Source: a virus
Taxonomy: Duplodnaviria > Heunggongvirae > Uroviricota > Caudoviricetes
Length of the DNA stretch: 64,000 bases
Reading direction: 5' to 3' (one strand)
IMG/VR virus record: IMGVR_UViG_3300035701_007101
In this document: in pieces, positions 1-8,830 of the stretch
How positions within the stretch are numbered: position 1 is the stretch's first letter
How the letters are laid out: the number at the start of each line of letters is the position of its first letter
The notes under the pieces: model-generated
Database searches by the model: none
Told to the model about the DNA's origin: nothing
The model's input: only the letters and a program-made list of their open reading frames with translations
Made by a program: the position numbers and the translations under genes

Positions 1-845
1 CTTTGTTTATCAATATCAATAACCATTATCTCAATATAAAAATCATCACCAAACGTATCTTTATATAATTTTGCTGCTTTTAATCCTGCTTCTTTTGCTT
101 GGTCTTTATCTTCATACTGTAAAATCATATTACTAATGATACCTTGTAGACAAGCTGACGTGACAATTATACCTTCTTTATTTTCAGCTATGAATTCAAA
201 AGATGTCCTGGGTTTGTAATAAAAACCATTTCTTGCAGCGTCACTAATAATTTTAATGATGTTTTTACTGCCAATGTTGTTTTTTGCTAATAAGACGACG
301 TGTTGATTTTTTTTTAATGTATCTCTTTTAATTGATAACTGCTTGTCTTCATTTTTGAAATATTTTAAAGCTATATCAAATTTTTCAACTAATTCTTCAT
401 ATTCATATTTACTAGCTTTTTCATAATCAAGTTGAGGTTGTTTAAGCACTTCTCTAATAAAATTAATGTGAACATTAAATAATTGTTTATTTAATTTTTC
501 ATGCTTCATAGCTTGCTTTAGTATTTTAACTTTTTTGTCAATTTCATCTAAAACATCATTGTGTTTTTTAACTTCAAATCTATCATTTTGTACATACATT
601 TCTACGCCAATAATAGGCTTTAAATTATTTGATCTACAATACATAAAAAAAGACGGATGAGAGCCTGCACTGCCATGATCAGTTATAGCTAATGCTGACA
701 TACCGATTTCAATTGCTTTTTTTGCATATTGAGTGGGTTTGCAAATGCCGTCTTTTAATGAGAAATCACTATGTAGATGTAGATGAATAAAATCTTTTTT
801 GTCACCTGTAGAATATAGTTGTTGTCGTATTTGTTCTTTATTCAT
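1..845 (-). CDS. dnaE: DNA polymerase III alpha subunit, N-terminal PHP domain (runs off window start)
   Basis: Manual translation from ATG at 845: IHLHLHSDFSLKDG, ALAITDHG, KPIIGVEMYV, HVVLLAKN, GFYYKPR, IVTSACLQG, FYIEIM; open to position 1. Confidence 0.93.
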   Translation of the reverse strand, partial: MNKEQIRQQLYSTGDKKDFIHLHLHSDFSLKDGICKPTQYAKKAIEIGMSALAITDHGSAGSHPSFFMYCRSNNLKPIIGVEMYVQNDRFEVKKHNDVLDEIDKKVKILKQAMKHEKLNKQLFNVHINFIREVLKQPQLDYEKASKYEYEELVEKFDIALKYFKNEDKQLSIKRDTLKKNQHVVLLAKNNIGSKNIIKIISDAARNGFYYKPRTSFEFIAENKEGIIVTSACLQGIISNMILQYEDKDQAKEAGLKAAKLYKDTFGDDFYIEIMVIDIDKQ

Positions 846-1098
846 GATGCATTCGTCGAAAGAAATTTAAAAATTTTCTAATGTTTCTTTTTATAAAATT
901 ATTTTGTATTTTTATATCTTCATAGATTATCTTTAATAAATCTAGTGAATAAAATTCATTTTCAAATTTGTAACCTCGTTTACCATTTTGCTCTACAAGT
1001 TGACAACCATGATGTATGAATTGTAAACAAAAATTTACAAAAGAAAAGTTTGACAATTCTTTTTTATCATTTAATAGTATTAATTCAAGCTTTGTCAT
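838..1098 (-). CDS. hypothetical protein
   Basis: ORF track; stop overlaps dnaE start. Confidence 0.55.
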   Translation of the reverse strand: MTKLELILLNDKKELSNFSFVNFCLQFIHHGCQLVEQNGKRGYKFENEFYSLDLLKIIYEDIKIQNNFIKRNIRKFLNFFRRMHHE

Positions 1099-1201
1099 AT
1101 TGTTGATTAGTTTTAGAAAATTTAATCGTATTCAATGCTTCAATTTTATTTTTTTTTAGAACTTCACTATCCAAAATAGTTTCTAAATTTTATTTGTAAC
1201 T

Positions 1202-1927
1202 TTATAGATAATCATATTGATCTACTATGCTTGTCAATAAATCAAAGTGTTTTTCGTATACATGTAAACTATTTGAATGCCAATTTATATATCCAATTTC
1301 TAAATTTGGATAAATTTTTTTTAAATCATTATACAATAAATCATAGACATAACATTTAAAATAAAAATCATTTAAAAAACCATAAATTAGATCTGAACTT
1401 CTGAAATGTACACTACTTATTAGTTTATTATTTCGAATAAAAAATGTATTACTTAAACAACAAATAAAGTCAGACATTCCATTTTTATTAAAATCCATCC
1501 ACATACTTGGTCTATTATAAATCATGATTGCTCTTCTACTATCTTTGTTCATTCTTAATTCATTTAAGCAATTATTATATTGATTATAATTTTCAGACGA
1601 AAAAATGCACCAGCCATAATTTGAATTAACTAATTTTTCATCATCTTTAGAACATATCATATTCCAAATTTGAATATTATCTACATAATTTTTTATAGAT
1701 AAAGATTGACTTAAATACCATTCAAGCTCTTTCCTACAATAATTTTCATTTGTTTTCCTTATTTTAAAATCTAAAACAGGTTGACTTGGGTTTAAGTTTA
1801 AAATTTGAGCATCTATAAGTTCGACAGTTTTTACACAACTTTTATCTATAACAAACTCTGAATTTTTTATTTTTCTATACAATTCAAAAAAGTATTGCTT
1901 AAGTATTGCTTCATTTTTCATTCTCAT
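1202..1927 (-). CDS. dCMP hydroxymethylase (T4 gp42-like, thymidylate synthase fold)
   Basis: VNSNYGW, DSRRAIMIYNRPSM, GMSDFIC (catalytic Cys), RSSDLIYGFLND (Asp where dUMP-specific ThyA has Asn), SLHVY; closely follows T4 gp42 motifs. Confidence 0.88.
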   Translation of the reverse strand: MRMKNEAILKQYFFELYRKIKNSEFVIDKSCVKTVELIDAQILNLNPSQPVLDFKIRKTNENYCRKELEWYLSQSLSIKNYVDNIQIWNMICSKDDEKLVNSNYGWCIFSSENYNQYNNCLNELRMNKDSRRAIMIYNRPSMWMDFNKNGMSDFICCLSNTFFIRNNKLISSVHFRSSDLIYGFLNDFYFKCYVYDLLYNDLKKIYPNLEIGYINWHSNSLHVYEKHFDLLTSIVDQYDYL

Positions 1928-2223
1928 TCTTCTCCTAAAATGAATTTAAATTTTGATATGCCTGTTACTGCCAACTCTTCAAGCTTACATTGTTGTAGAT
2001 CTCTTATTATTAATTTACCGAGATTTGATTTTGGTATAAAAATTATATTGATTTTTGATCGATCAGTATCATCAGTTTCACAAGTAAATTCAACATTATC
2101 TGACACATCACATTTATACACTTTATCTAAATTAGCTAATATGGTTTGTAAATTGTTAGCTATTTGTGCTTCAGCCTGTTTTGATGACTTTTGACCAATA
2201 TGTTGGCACATTGATTCACGCAT
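1924..2223 (-). CDS. hypothetical protein
   Basis: ORF track; overlaps neighbour by 4 nt. Confidence 0.55.
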   Translation of the reverse strand: MRESMCQHIGQKSSKQAEAQIANNLQTILANLDKVYKCDVSDNVEFTCETDDTDRSKINIIFIPKSNLGKLIIRDLQQCKLEELAVTGISKFKFILGEE

Positions 2224-2305
2224 TGCATTTCCTATATTGTACTATTAATTTATGTTCATCAGTACAAATTTCATTTCGAGCGTCTAAATATCGATTAAGG
2301 TTCAT
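2216..2305 (-). CDS. 29-aa small ORF MNLNRYLDARNEICTDEHKLIVQYRKCNA
   Basis: Manual translation; fills the gap and overlaps the next gene start. Confidence 0.3.
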   Translation of the reverse strand: MNLNRYLDARNEICTDEHKLIVQYRKCNA

Positions 2306-2344
2306 AATTGAATTAATTTACAAAATTTGTCGTCAACTTTACAT

Positions 2345-2378
2345 AAAAAAAGCTGCTATATTTCTATAACAGCTTTTT
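2345..2378. terminator. intrinsic terminator downstream of HU gene (possibly bidirectional)
   Basis: aaaaagctg-ctata-tttc-tataa-cagcttttt inverted repeat with A/T runs on both sides. Confidence 0.7.
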
Positions 2379-2400
2379 CATTTTTAAAGAGGAGTTGTTC

Positions 2401-2799
2401 TTATTTCTTCTCTTCAGTTGACTCCGGTGCATCTTCAACATATTGTTCAAGTTCAATTTTGCCATTGACAAGTTGTTTGAAACCCTTGAGCGGTCTAAAC
2501 TTTACAACATCTTTTTCGGGAACATTAGTCATTTTGCCGAAAGATTTGCGAATTGCAGCTTTTTTATGAATCTTGACAAATTTTCCGAATCCAGAAATCT
2601 TAACAAATCCCTTATCAAGCATGCCTTTTTTGATAGCATAGATGACAGCTTGAATTGCAACTTTTGATTCACGACGTGAAAGACTTGTAACTTCCTGAAC
2701 AACTGCAATAAGATCAGTCATTCTGAACTGTTCTGTCTTAGATTTGCGAACCTTTTTAGTTTTTGTTGCGGCAACATCTACTTTTGCCTCTTTAGCCAT
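2401..2799 (-). CDS. HU/IHF-family DNA-binding protein with Lys-rich N-extension
   Basis: VKISGFGKF and VVKFRPLKGFKQLVN motifs; GGAGG RBS upstream. Confidence 0.88.
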   Translation of the reverse strand: MAKEAKVDVAATKTKKVRKSKTEQFRMTDLIAVVQEVTSLSRRESKVAIQAVIYAIKKGMLDKGFVKISGFGKFVKIHKKAAIRKSFGKMTNVPEKDVVKFRPLKGFKQLVNGKIELEQYVEDAPESTEEKK

Positions 2800-2817
2800 A
2801 AAAAGCCTCCTATTTTG

Positions 2818-2842
2818 AATTATGAATTAATTATGAATTATG
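2818..2842. repeat. three AATTATG copies upstream of HU RBS
   Basis: AATTATG at 2818, 2829, 2836. Confidence 0.45.
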
Positions 2843-2993
2843 CATTAATTAACTTTAAATGACAATATTATTGTTTGTTTTTTTTATTTATTAATTTACA
2901 TTTTTTCATATATTATCATAACGAACGTTGCATGTCGCTTATAAACGTTGTCTGCGCATGTACGACGAATTATTAAATTAAAGAATTAATGAG

Positions 2994-3911
2994 CTATGCA
3001 AAGATAGCAACAAACTCGTCGAATTTTTGAAGTTGCGAAGTAAATGAATATGTTTTAAATAACTCCTTCAAATACAAAAAATTAGGCTTTGCTTGTTCAA
3101 TTTCAAGATTAACGTCCATATCTAACTTGATAGTTACTAGTTGCTTTGCAAGTTTCAATATATCTTTTGACGAATTAATCTTTTGTTGTAAGTTGTCACT
3201 AACAGGTGCTTTCTTATCTTTCTTAAACTTATAATGTATATCATTATTTATAATATTATCTATATTACCGTTACATTGAATCAATTCTGCTGCAGTTTTT
3301 TTGCCTACACCATCAATACCTTCAATGTTATCAGACGAATCACCCGTTAATGACAACCAACTTACAAATAAATTTGGTGCTATTCCATATCTCTCTTTAA
3401 CTTCATCAGGTGTAATCAATTTATCATCTTCTTGACCAGCACCAGGATGTAGCACATGAACATTATTACTTACTAATTGATTAAAATCTTTATCACCAGA
3501 AATAATTAGTACTCTATAACCTTTTAATCGTGCTTGTTTCGTTAATATACCAATAAGATCATCTGCTTCAACATTTGCAGTTTGACATTGTAATACGCCC
3601 AGTGCTTTTAAAAATTCTTGAGTTATTCCAATTTGAAATAAATAATCAGGCGTTCTTGATATCCTATTAGCTTTATATGTTGAGCATAATGTGTTTCTAA
3701 AGCCTTTGCCTGGACCGTCCCAAACAACAATTAATTTATCGTTTTCTTGCTTAAGATCTTTATATATTTTTTTGATTGATTGAATGAAACCAAAAGCAGC
3801 ACCAGTTAGAACTTCTTGACCATCAATAACAGCTCTCAAATGCTGAAATGACGGCACATGAAAAGTTCTACTTAACAAATGACTAGCATCAACTAAAATA
3901 ACTTTACTCAT
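2994..3911 (-). CDS. 5'-3' exonuclease / flap endonuclease (PolA N-terminal-like)
   Basis: ILVDAS, VVWDG, YKANR, EADDLIG, ISGDKDF, LTGDSSDNIEGIDGVGKKTA. Confidence 0.93.
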   Translation of the reverse strand: MSKVILVDASHLLSRTFHVPSFQHLRAVIDGQEVLTGAAFGFIQSIKKIYKDLKQENDKLIVVWDGPGKGFRNTLCSTYKANRISRTPDYLFQIGITQEFLKALGVLQCQTANVEADDLIGILTKQARLKGYRVLIISGDKDFNQLVSNNVHVLHPGAGQEDDKLITPDEVKERYGIAPNLFVSWLSLTGDSSDNIEGIDGVGKKTAAELIQCNGNIDNIINNDIHYKFKKDKKAPVSDNLQQKINSSKDILKLAKQLVTIKLDMDVNLEIEQAKPNFLYLKELFKTYSFTSQLQKFDEFVAIFA

Positions 3912-4416
3912 TTTCTTTATCTTTTGCTTCTTTTGCTTTTAAAATTTTATCAGCATCTTCTCCGTGTATACCATAACGTTGTAAAAGATATGAAAAATCT
4001 TGAACATCATGCTTTAGACATTTTCTGTAATCTTTTGAACCTTCATCAAAACCTTGTTCAGGTATATGCATCAGTTCATGTAAAATTAATAAATATTTTG
4101 CAGATTTTTCAATCGTAACCCAATTTTCAAAATGAACTGTTAATATGTAATCAACATTAGAGAAAAATGCAAACATGGGTTTTAGACCATAAATTTTCGC
4201 TTGTATAGTTGATTTTTTCTTCGAAAATGAGATGTAGCCAATTTTATTTGGTCGTATTTGAGATAGAATTTCTGGATATAACTTAATAAGATCCATAACA
4301 ATTGGAAAAATGTCTTCTTGCTTTTGCCACTTTGGTGTAGCAGGTTTTTGAGGCTTGTCTTCAATGTCATCTTTAACTTCTACAACATTGTCTTCAACAT
4401 TTTGTGGTACTGGCAT
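3904..4416 (-). CDS. putative phage metallopeptidase
   Basis: LILHELMHI (HExxH) followed by LKHDVQDF. Confidence 0.7.
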   Translation of the reverse strand: MPVPQNVEDNVVEVKDDIEDKPQKPATPKWQKQEDIFPIVMDLIKLYPEILSQIRPNKIGYISFSKKKSTIQAKIYGLKPMFAFFSNVDYILTVHFENWVTIEKSAKYLLILHELMHIPEQGFDEGSKDYRKCLKHDVQDFSYLLQRYGIHGEDADKILKAKEAKDKENE

Positions 4417-4437
4417 AGAATTCTCCTCTTTTTAAAA

Positions 4438-4525
4438 TGGCCCACTTGGATAGTTTTGAACTATCTAAATTGTAATACTATCGCGAATCGACATACAATC
4501 TAAACCCTCTGTAGAGTACAAGTGG
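4438..4525 (-). tRNA. atypical tRNA-like RNA, 88 nt, encoded CCA; one parse gives Asp(GUC) with a 14-nt anticodon-loop insert
   Basis: Perfect 7-bp acceptor CCACTTG/CAAGTGG + G + CCA; T-arm GATAG-TTCAAAA-CTATC; T8 A9; ATTGT/ACAAT stem; D-arm non-canonical. Confidence 0.65.
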
Positions 4526-4575
4526 TTATGATAATAGTATTATATACCGGAAATTATGATAAATTTATGAACGAT

Positions 4576-6192
4576 TTAAAATTTGCAGGCTTCGATAAAC
4601 CAATCAGGTAGAATGTCTTTATTTTTCTTGATAAACCATTTTGCGCTACTATCAAAAATATAAGCAGTTCCCCAATCTTCTTCTGATCTAAAAATTCTAC
4701 CATAACTCTGTACTAATGTCAAACATGTCTGCCAAGTATACCAGTCTGGATCTATTTGCATTCTTCTAGCAATTTGTTTATCACCGATATAAAGATGAGG
4801 TATTTTAACAATCACTTCCCAACGAGCTAAATCATCTTTTAAATCGAGACCTTCAGTCATTGATGGTGAAACTAATACACTTGCAGTTTTAGATGATAAA
4901 AATTTACTTAACATCTTCTCTCGCGACTCAGAATCATGAAATATTAATCTATCATTGTTGCAATTATCTCTAATATAGTTGGCAATTTTATACGAGTGAC
5001 AGTGAACAAGCCCGCGTTCTTCTCTATGATAATCTAAAGCTTTATTTAAATCAGTGACAATATTTGGTAGTGTTTCTTGAATCTTGTTTAAATTCATATA
5101 TCCACTATTTGCAAAAAATATTTTTCTATTCTCTGCTGGAAACGTAGACGGTGTTCGTACAAATTGAGCTTCGTCAGCGTTAATACCAAGACTTCTACAA
5201 AAGCTATTTTTATCTAAAATTGTTGCTGACAGATATATTCTATGTTCACCGAGATTAAGTAATGAATCACCTGCAAATAGATTGATTGTTAATGGTCTAA
5301 ATACTATTCTTTTCATTTTTAATTTTTCAGTTTTTTCAATAGTAAAAATCCATTCAACATCATTTAGAGTATTTAGAAACTTGTTCATTCTTCTATACAG
5401 TCTATCAACTTCATCAATTTGTGACACTAACTCTGATGCTTCACCTGATAATTTTTTAAATTGATGAGAATCTCTATTTAAATTAACTCTATAATTATTT
5501 AAATTATTTAATTCTTTAGTCTTGCTAACTAAAATATTATTAACAATACTAACATTTTCTTTTATCCACTTATGATATTCATCTAATGTGTCGTATGAAG
5601 GAATGTTGACAGGATAGCCTACTCGCTTAAACATATATTCTGACAATAAAAACTCGATGAAATTTAAAACTTCTGATTCAATACAGTGAGCTTCATCTAA
5701 TATCAGTAATTTTCTTTTAGTAAACGTTTTTTTTGGATCACACTCAACAACACTTAAAAGATATGCATAATTCATCATTGCAACTTGAGCACCAGCTGTT
5801 CTCATTTTAGCAATTTGATATAAGCAAGTGCCGTTTTTATAACAATCTTTTCTTGCTGATTCATAGCATTCATTACACATAGTGGGCGCTCCCAAAAATG
5901 TGCATTCATAATTTCCGCGACCTTTTAAAACTGATATTCTTGAATCTTCAGTGAAATCACGAACATATTGATCTTGAAGTATTTTTTGTGAAGTTAAGCA
6001 ATATGCATTTGTTGACCATAAACCGCAAGCAATTGCAACAGGTGACTTACCAGAACCTGTTGGCATTTCAATGATAATGTCTTTTATACCTTTATCAAAA
6101 AACTCTTGAATTTTTTCTATAGTTTCTTTTTGATGAAGTCTGTATGATGAAAATGGAAAAAAATCAGTTATATTGTTATTAGGTTTTAACAT
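4576..6192 (-). CDS. DinG/Rad3-like SF2 helicase
   Basis: EMPTGSGKS, LILDEAH, YLSATI, SMTEGLDLKDD, QSYGRIFRSEEDWG. Confidence 0.9.
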   Translation of the reverse strand: MLKPNNNITDFFPFSSYRLHQKETIEKIQEFFDKGIKDIIIEMPTGSGKSPVAIACGLWSTNAYCLTSQKILQDQYVRDFTEDSRISVLKGRGNYECTFLGAPTMCNECYESARKDCYKNGTCLYQIAKMRTAGAQVAMMNYAYLLSVVECDPKKTFTKRKLLILDEAHCIESEVLNFIEFLLSEYMFKRVGYPVNIPSYDTLDEYHKWIKENVSIVNNILVSKTKELNNLNNYRVNLNRDSHQFKKLSGEASELVSQIDEVDRLYRRMNKFLNTLNDVEWIFTIEKTEKLKMKRIVFRPLTINLFAGDSLLNLGEHRIYLSATILDKNSFCRSLGINADEAQFVRTPSTFPAENRKIFFANSGYMNLNKIQETLPNIVTDLNKALDYHREERGLVHCHSYKIANYIRDNCNNDRLIFHDSESREKMLSKFLSSKTASVLVSPSMTEGLDLKDDLARWEVIVKIPHLYIGDKQIARRMQIDPDWYTWQTCLTLVQSYGRIFRSEEDWGTAYIFDSSAKWFIKKNKDILPDWFIEACKF

Positions 6193-6247
6193 AAATTATG
6201 CACTATAATTATACCTTTTAAAAGTCTCATATCCCAAAAACCTGTAT

Positions 6248-6418
6248 TCATGATATTACATGACGACGATCTTTCATTTCATATATCTCATTGTCTTTTT
6301 CCTGTATTTCTTTCTTTGCATTGTCTAGTGCAATTTCTTTTTCACATAAAGGACAATCAAAAACATGGTCGGGATATGTCACTACTGTCCCATTTTCATG
6401 TCGATCACAACTTCTCAT
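6248..6418 (-). CDS. 56-aa Cys/His microprotein (not in ORF track)
   Basis: Manual translation MRSCDRHENGTVVTYPDHVFDCPLCEKEIALDNAKKEIQEKDNEIYEMKDRRHVIS; ATGA overlap with upstream stop. Confidence 0.6.
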   Translation of the reverse strand: MRSCDRHENGTVVTYPDHVFDCPLCEKEIALDNAKKEIQEKDNEIYEMKDRRHVIS

Positions 6419-7536
6419 AAAAAAATCCTTTTGTTAATTTGTACTATACTATTAAATTTTTTCATAACATTTTTAATATCAAATGGTTCTAACTTTTCAA
6501 TATGCTCATCTAATATTTGCTGTTTTTTAGTATTTGACAAGCTCAATAACATTTCAATTGCTTGAACTAAATCATAAGCGTCAGAAACTATTAGTGATTT
6601 ATTGATAAACTTATCAATTCCTTTTTGTTCAGCTAAACCAATTGCAAGCACGCCGTTTGCGGTCGTCTCGTGTATTCTTTGAGTTATGTGACCGTGTTCA
6701 GCATAATTCTTTTTACATAATAAAACTGACGACAAACAGTGTCTATAAACTTTATGCATGTCCTTAGGTAATATTCTATCTCTAAATAATACACGTGGGA
6801 AGTTTATGCTATTTCTATTTGCTACGTCAGGATATTTTAACCAATTGCCTACAAATATTGTTTGAAATGGATATTTAACTGAAAAAGGATTAATGAATCT
6901 ATAAAGTTGATCATCTCTTTCATATTGCGAACCAACATATCCAATCAAATAATCAAAATCTTTATTAACTTTAGTTCCTCTAATTTGTTCTAAATTACAA
7001 GGAAATAGTAAAGTCTCTCTGGGATATAATTGATCTATAAGAGGATATAATGCAGGAGAAATGATTATAGGTTTATTGACAAAACATTTAAAAATTTTAT
7101 AATCTTCTTCTATTATTTTTTCATCTTTGTCCCAAATTAATATCTGTGTATTTGTTAAACCATAATGTGACAATAAATCCATTTGTCTATCATAATCAGG
7201 TGTATAAGCAGCGCTTGACTTATCAACATCAAAATTTCTTTTGAGTATTTTCCATCGCCATTCTAAAAATAAGATATTTATTTGCGGATATCCAGTATCA
7301 TACTGTATTTTGCATAATGTTTGTTTTTGATTATCTAAATAATGTCTATTTGTGTCAAACAATGGTTGATTAAACTTATTTACATCTCTATTTTGTTGAA
7401 GCCAAATTATAGTATAGTTATCATCAATTAAATTTTCTATGAATAATGATCTAGTAAGTCGACCACCATCAGGTGAATCATTTTGACCATCGCCAACAAA
7501 TCCCCAAGCTGAATAACCGATCTTAATGTTTTTCAT
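6415..7536 (-). CDS. GT-B glycosyltransferase resembling T4 beta-glucosyltransferase (candidate DNA glycosyltransferase)
   Basis: YLIGYVGS...KKNYAEHGHITQRIHETTANGV parallels T4 BGT DKNYNDNFITLRVWETMASDAV; same module as the dCMP hydroxymethylase. Confidence 0.65.
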   Translation of the reverse strand: MKNIKIGYSAWGFVGDGQNDSPDGGRLTRSLFIENLIDDNYTIIWLQQNRDVNKFNQPLFDTNRHYLDNQKQTLCKIQYDTGYPQINILFLEWRWKILKRNFDVDKSSAAYTPDYDRQMDLLSHYGLTNTQILIWDKDEKIIEEDYKIFKCFVNKPIIISPALYPLIDQLYPRETLLFPCNLEQIRGTKVNKDFDYLIGYVGSQYERDDQLYRFINPFSVKYPFQTIFVGNWLKYPDVANRNSINFPRVLFRDRILPKDMHKVYRHCLSSVLLCKKNYAEHGHITQRIHETTANGVLAIGLAEQKGIDKFINKSLIVSDAYDLVQAIEMLLSLSNTKKQQILDEHIEKLEPFDIKNVMKKFNSIVQINKRIFL

Positions 7537-7588
7537 AGTTAGTAAGTCTTTTTCATATTAGTATAATCAGTCATTGTTTCAATGATTC

Positions 7589-8086
7589 TTAATAACTTTC
7601 ACTTTCAATTCTTTTTACGTTCTTTGCATTTTTTTCAATGAAAGCTGTAGTAAGCTCTTGAGGTGTAACGTTCCAAACAATACATAGATTTATAAAGAAA
7701 TGAAGTATGTCAGCCAATTCATCTTTAATATTGTCTACGTTAATAGTCTTTTTAACTTTTTTGTGTGATTTGAAATTTGTTTCACGTAATAATTCATGAG
7801 TTTCTTCTAGAAGATATAAAACCATGTCTTTTGTATATTCTTCTCTTTTATCTATCGTCATATTCGAAAAAATATAACCTAAAGACTGTTGTATTTTATT
7901 TTGCAATTCAAAAAATAACGTTAAGCTATCAACATTAATGTTTATTATCGGTTCTTCAAAATCTTTAGATTCAACAGACTTTAATGAATATGCTTTATTT
8001 AAATAATAAATTAAAACAAAAATCACTATTAATAAGAGTATAATAAATAAAGATTGTGCTTGTATCAATTGTATTATAGAATTCAT
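7589..8086 (-). CDS. all-alpha dNTP pyrophosphatase (dCTPase/dUTPase, MazG-like) with N-terminal hydrophobic segment
   Basis: LLEETHELLRETNFK and IKDELADILHFFINL motifs; N-term LFIILLLIVIFVLIYYL. Confidence 0.78.
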   Translation of the reverse strand: MNSIIQLIQAQSLFIILLLIVIFVLIYYLNKAYSLKSVESKDFEEPIININVDSLTLFFELQNKIQQSLGYIFSNMTIDKREEYTKDMVLYLLEETHELLRETNFKSHKKVKKTINVDNIKDELADILHFFINLCIVWNVTPQELTTAFIEKNAKNVKRIESESY

Positions 8087-8153
8087 ATTACATCTTTTTC
8101 ATAAAAAGTCAATCATTTCACTCGGAATTGTTTTCAATTGCAAAAACCATACC

Positions 8154-8690
8154 CTAAGCAACTTTGATGTCTTCAACTTTTATGTTAGTATAAATTGCTC
8201 TATTGAAAATTTGAATTTCTAATCGTAAACTATTAACATCAACTATTTCAATTATTCTTCCTGATAAGCCCTTACAATGACCACCCAATATTTCAACTAC
8301 ATCATTAACTTTGTATTTAAAAGCACTGTGAATCTTGTTATCAGCTGCAATGGCTTTCACAATATCCATGTCTTCTTGACTAATTGGCAGTGGTTTTTTG
8401 TAGCCTAAAAATTTTATGACAAAGTTGATTTCATTTAAGATGTGAGATTGAAGTTCTTCTAATAAATTAGCTCTAATAAATAGATATGATGAATAGACTG
8501 GAACATTTCGAACAATTTTTTTTCGTCTTATTTCAGATATTTCTTTAACAGTCGGTAACAATACTTCATAAATCATACCACTATTTACAAATAGTTCAAG
8601 ATTATTTTTAATCACAAATTCTTTGTCTTGTACAACAAATAGAACATACCAATTAACATTTTTAAGGCATTTATTTTCATTTAAATTCAT
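8154..8690 (-). CDS. nusG: NusG-family transcription factor
   Basis: WYVLFV, VPVYSSYLFI (NGN), VIKFLG, KOW VNDVVEILGGHCKGLSGRI, IQIFNR. Confidence 0.9.
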   Translation of the reverse strand: MNLNENKCLKNVNWYVLFVVQDKEFVIKNNLELFVNSGMIYEVLLPTVKEISEIRRKKIVRNVPVYSSYLFIRANLLEELQSHILNEINFVIKFLGYKKPLPISQEDMDIVKAIAADNKIHSAFKYKVNDVVEILGGHCKGLSGRIIEIVDVNSLRLEIQIFNRAIYTNIKVEDIKVA

Positions 8691-8830
8691 TTATCAATGA
8701 TCTCCTATGAAATAAACTAAAACTTTGAATTTTTTCAAAGAAACCCTTACCTCAATTAAGATTTTTTACTTGTTTATGCAACTCTTTCTAATTTTTAATA
8801 TCTACTAAATTAATAGCATAATTTACAAGA

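Noticed and set aside
270-600. Intein in DnaE
   Set aside because: Insert is short and lacks N-terminal Cys/Ser and C-terminal His-Asn
1202-1927. Thymidylate synthase (thyA) call
   Set aside because: Has Asp (GFLND) at the substrate-specificity position and gp42-like motifs, fitting dCMP hydroxymethylase better
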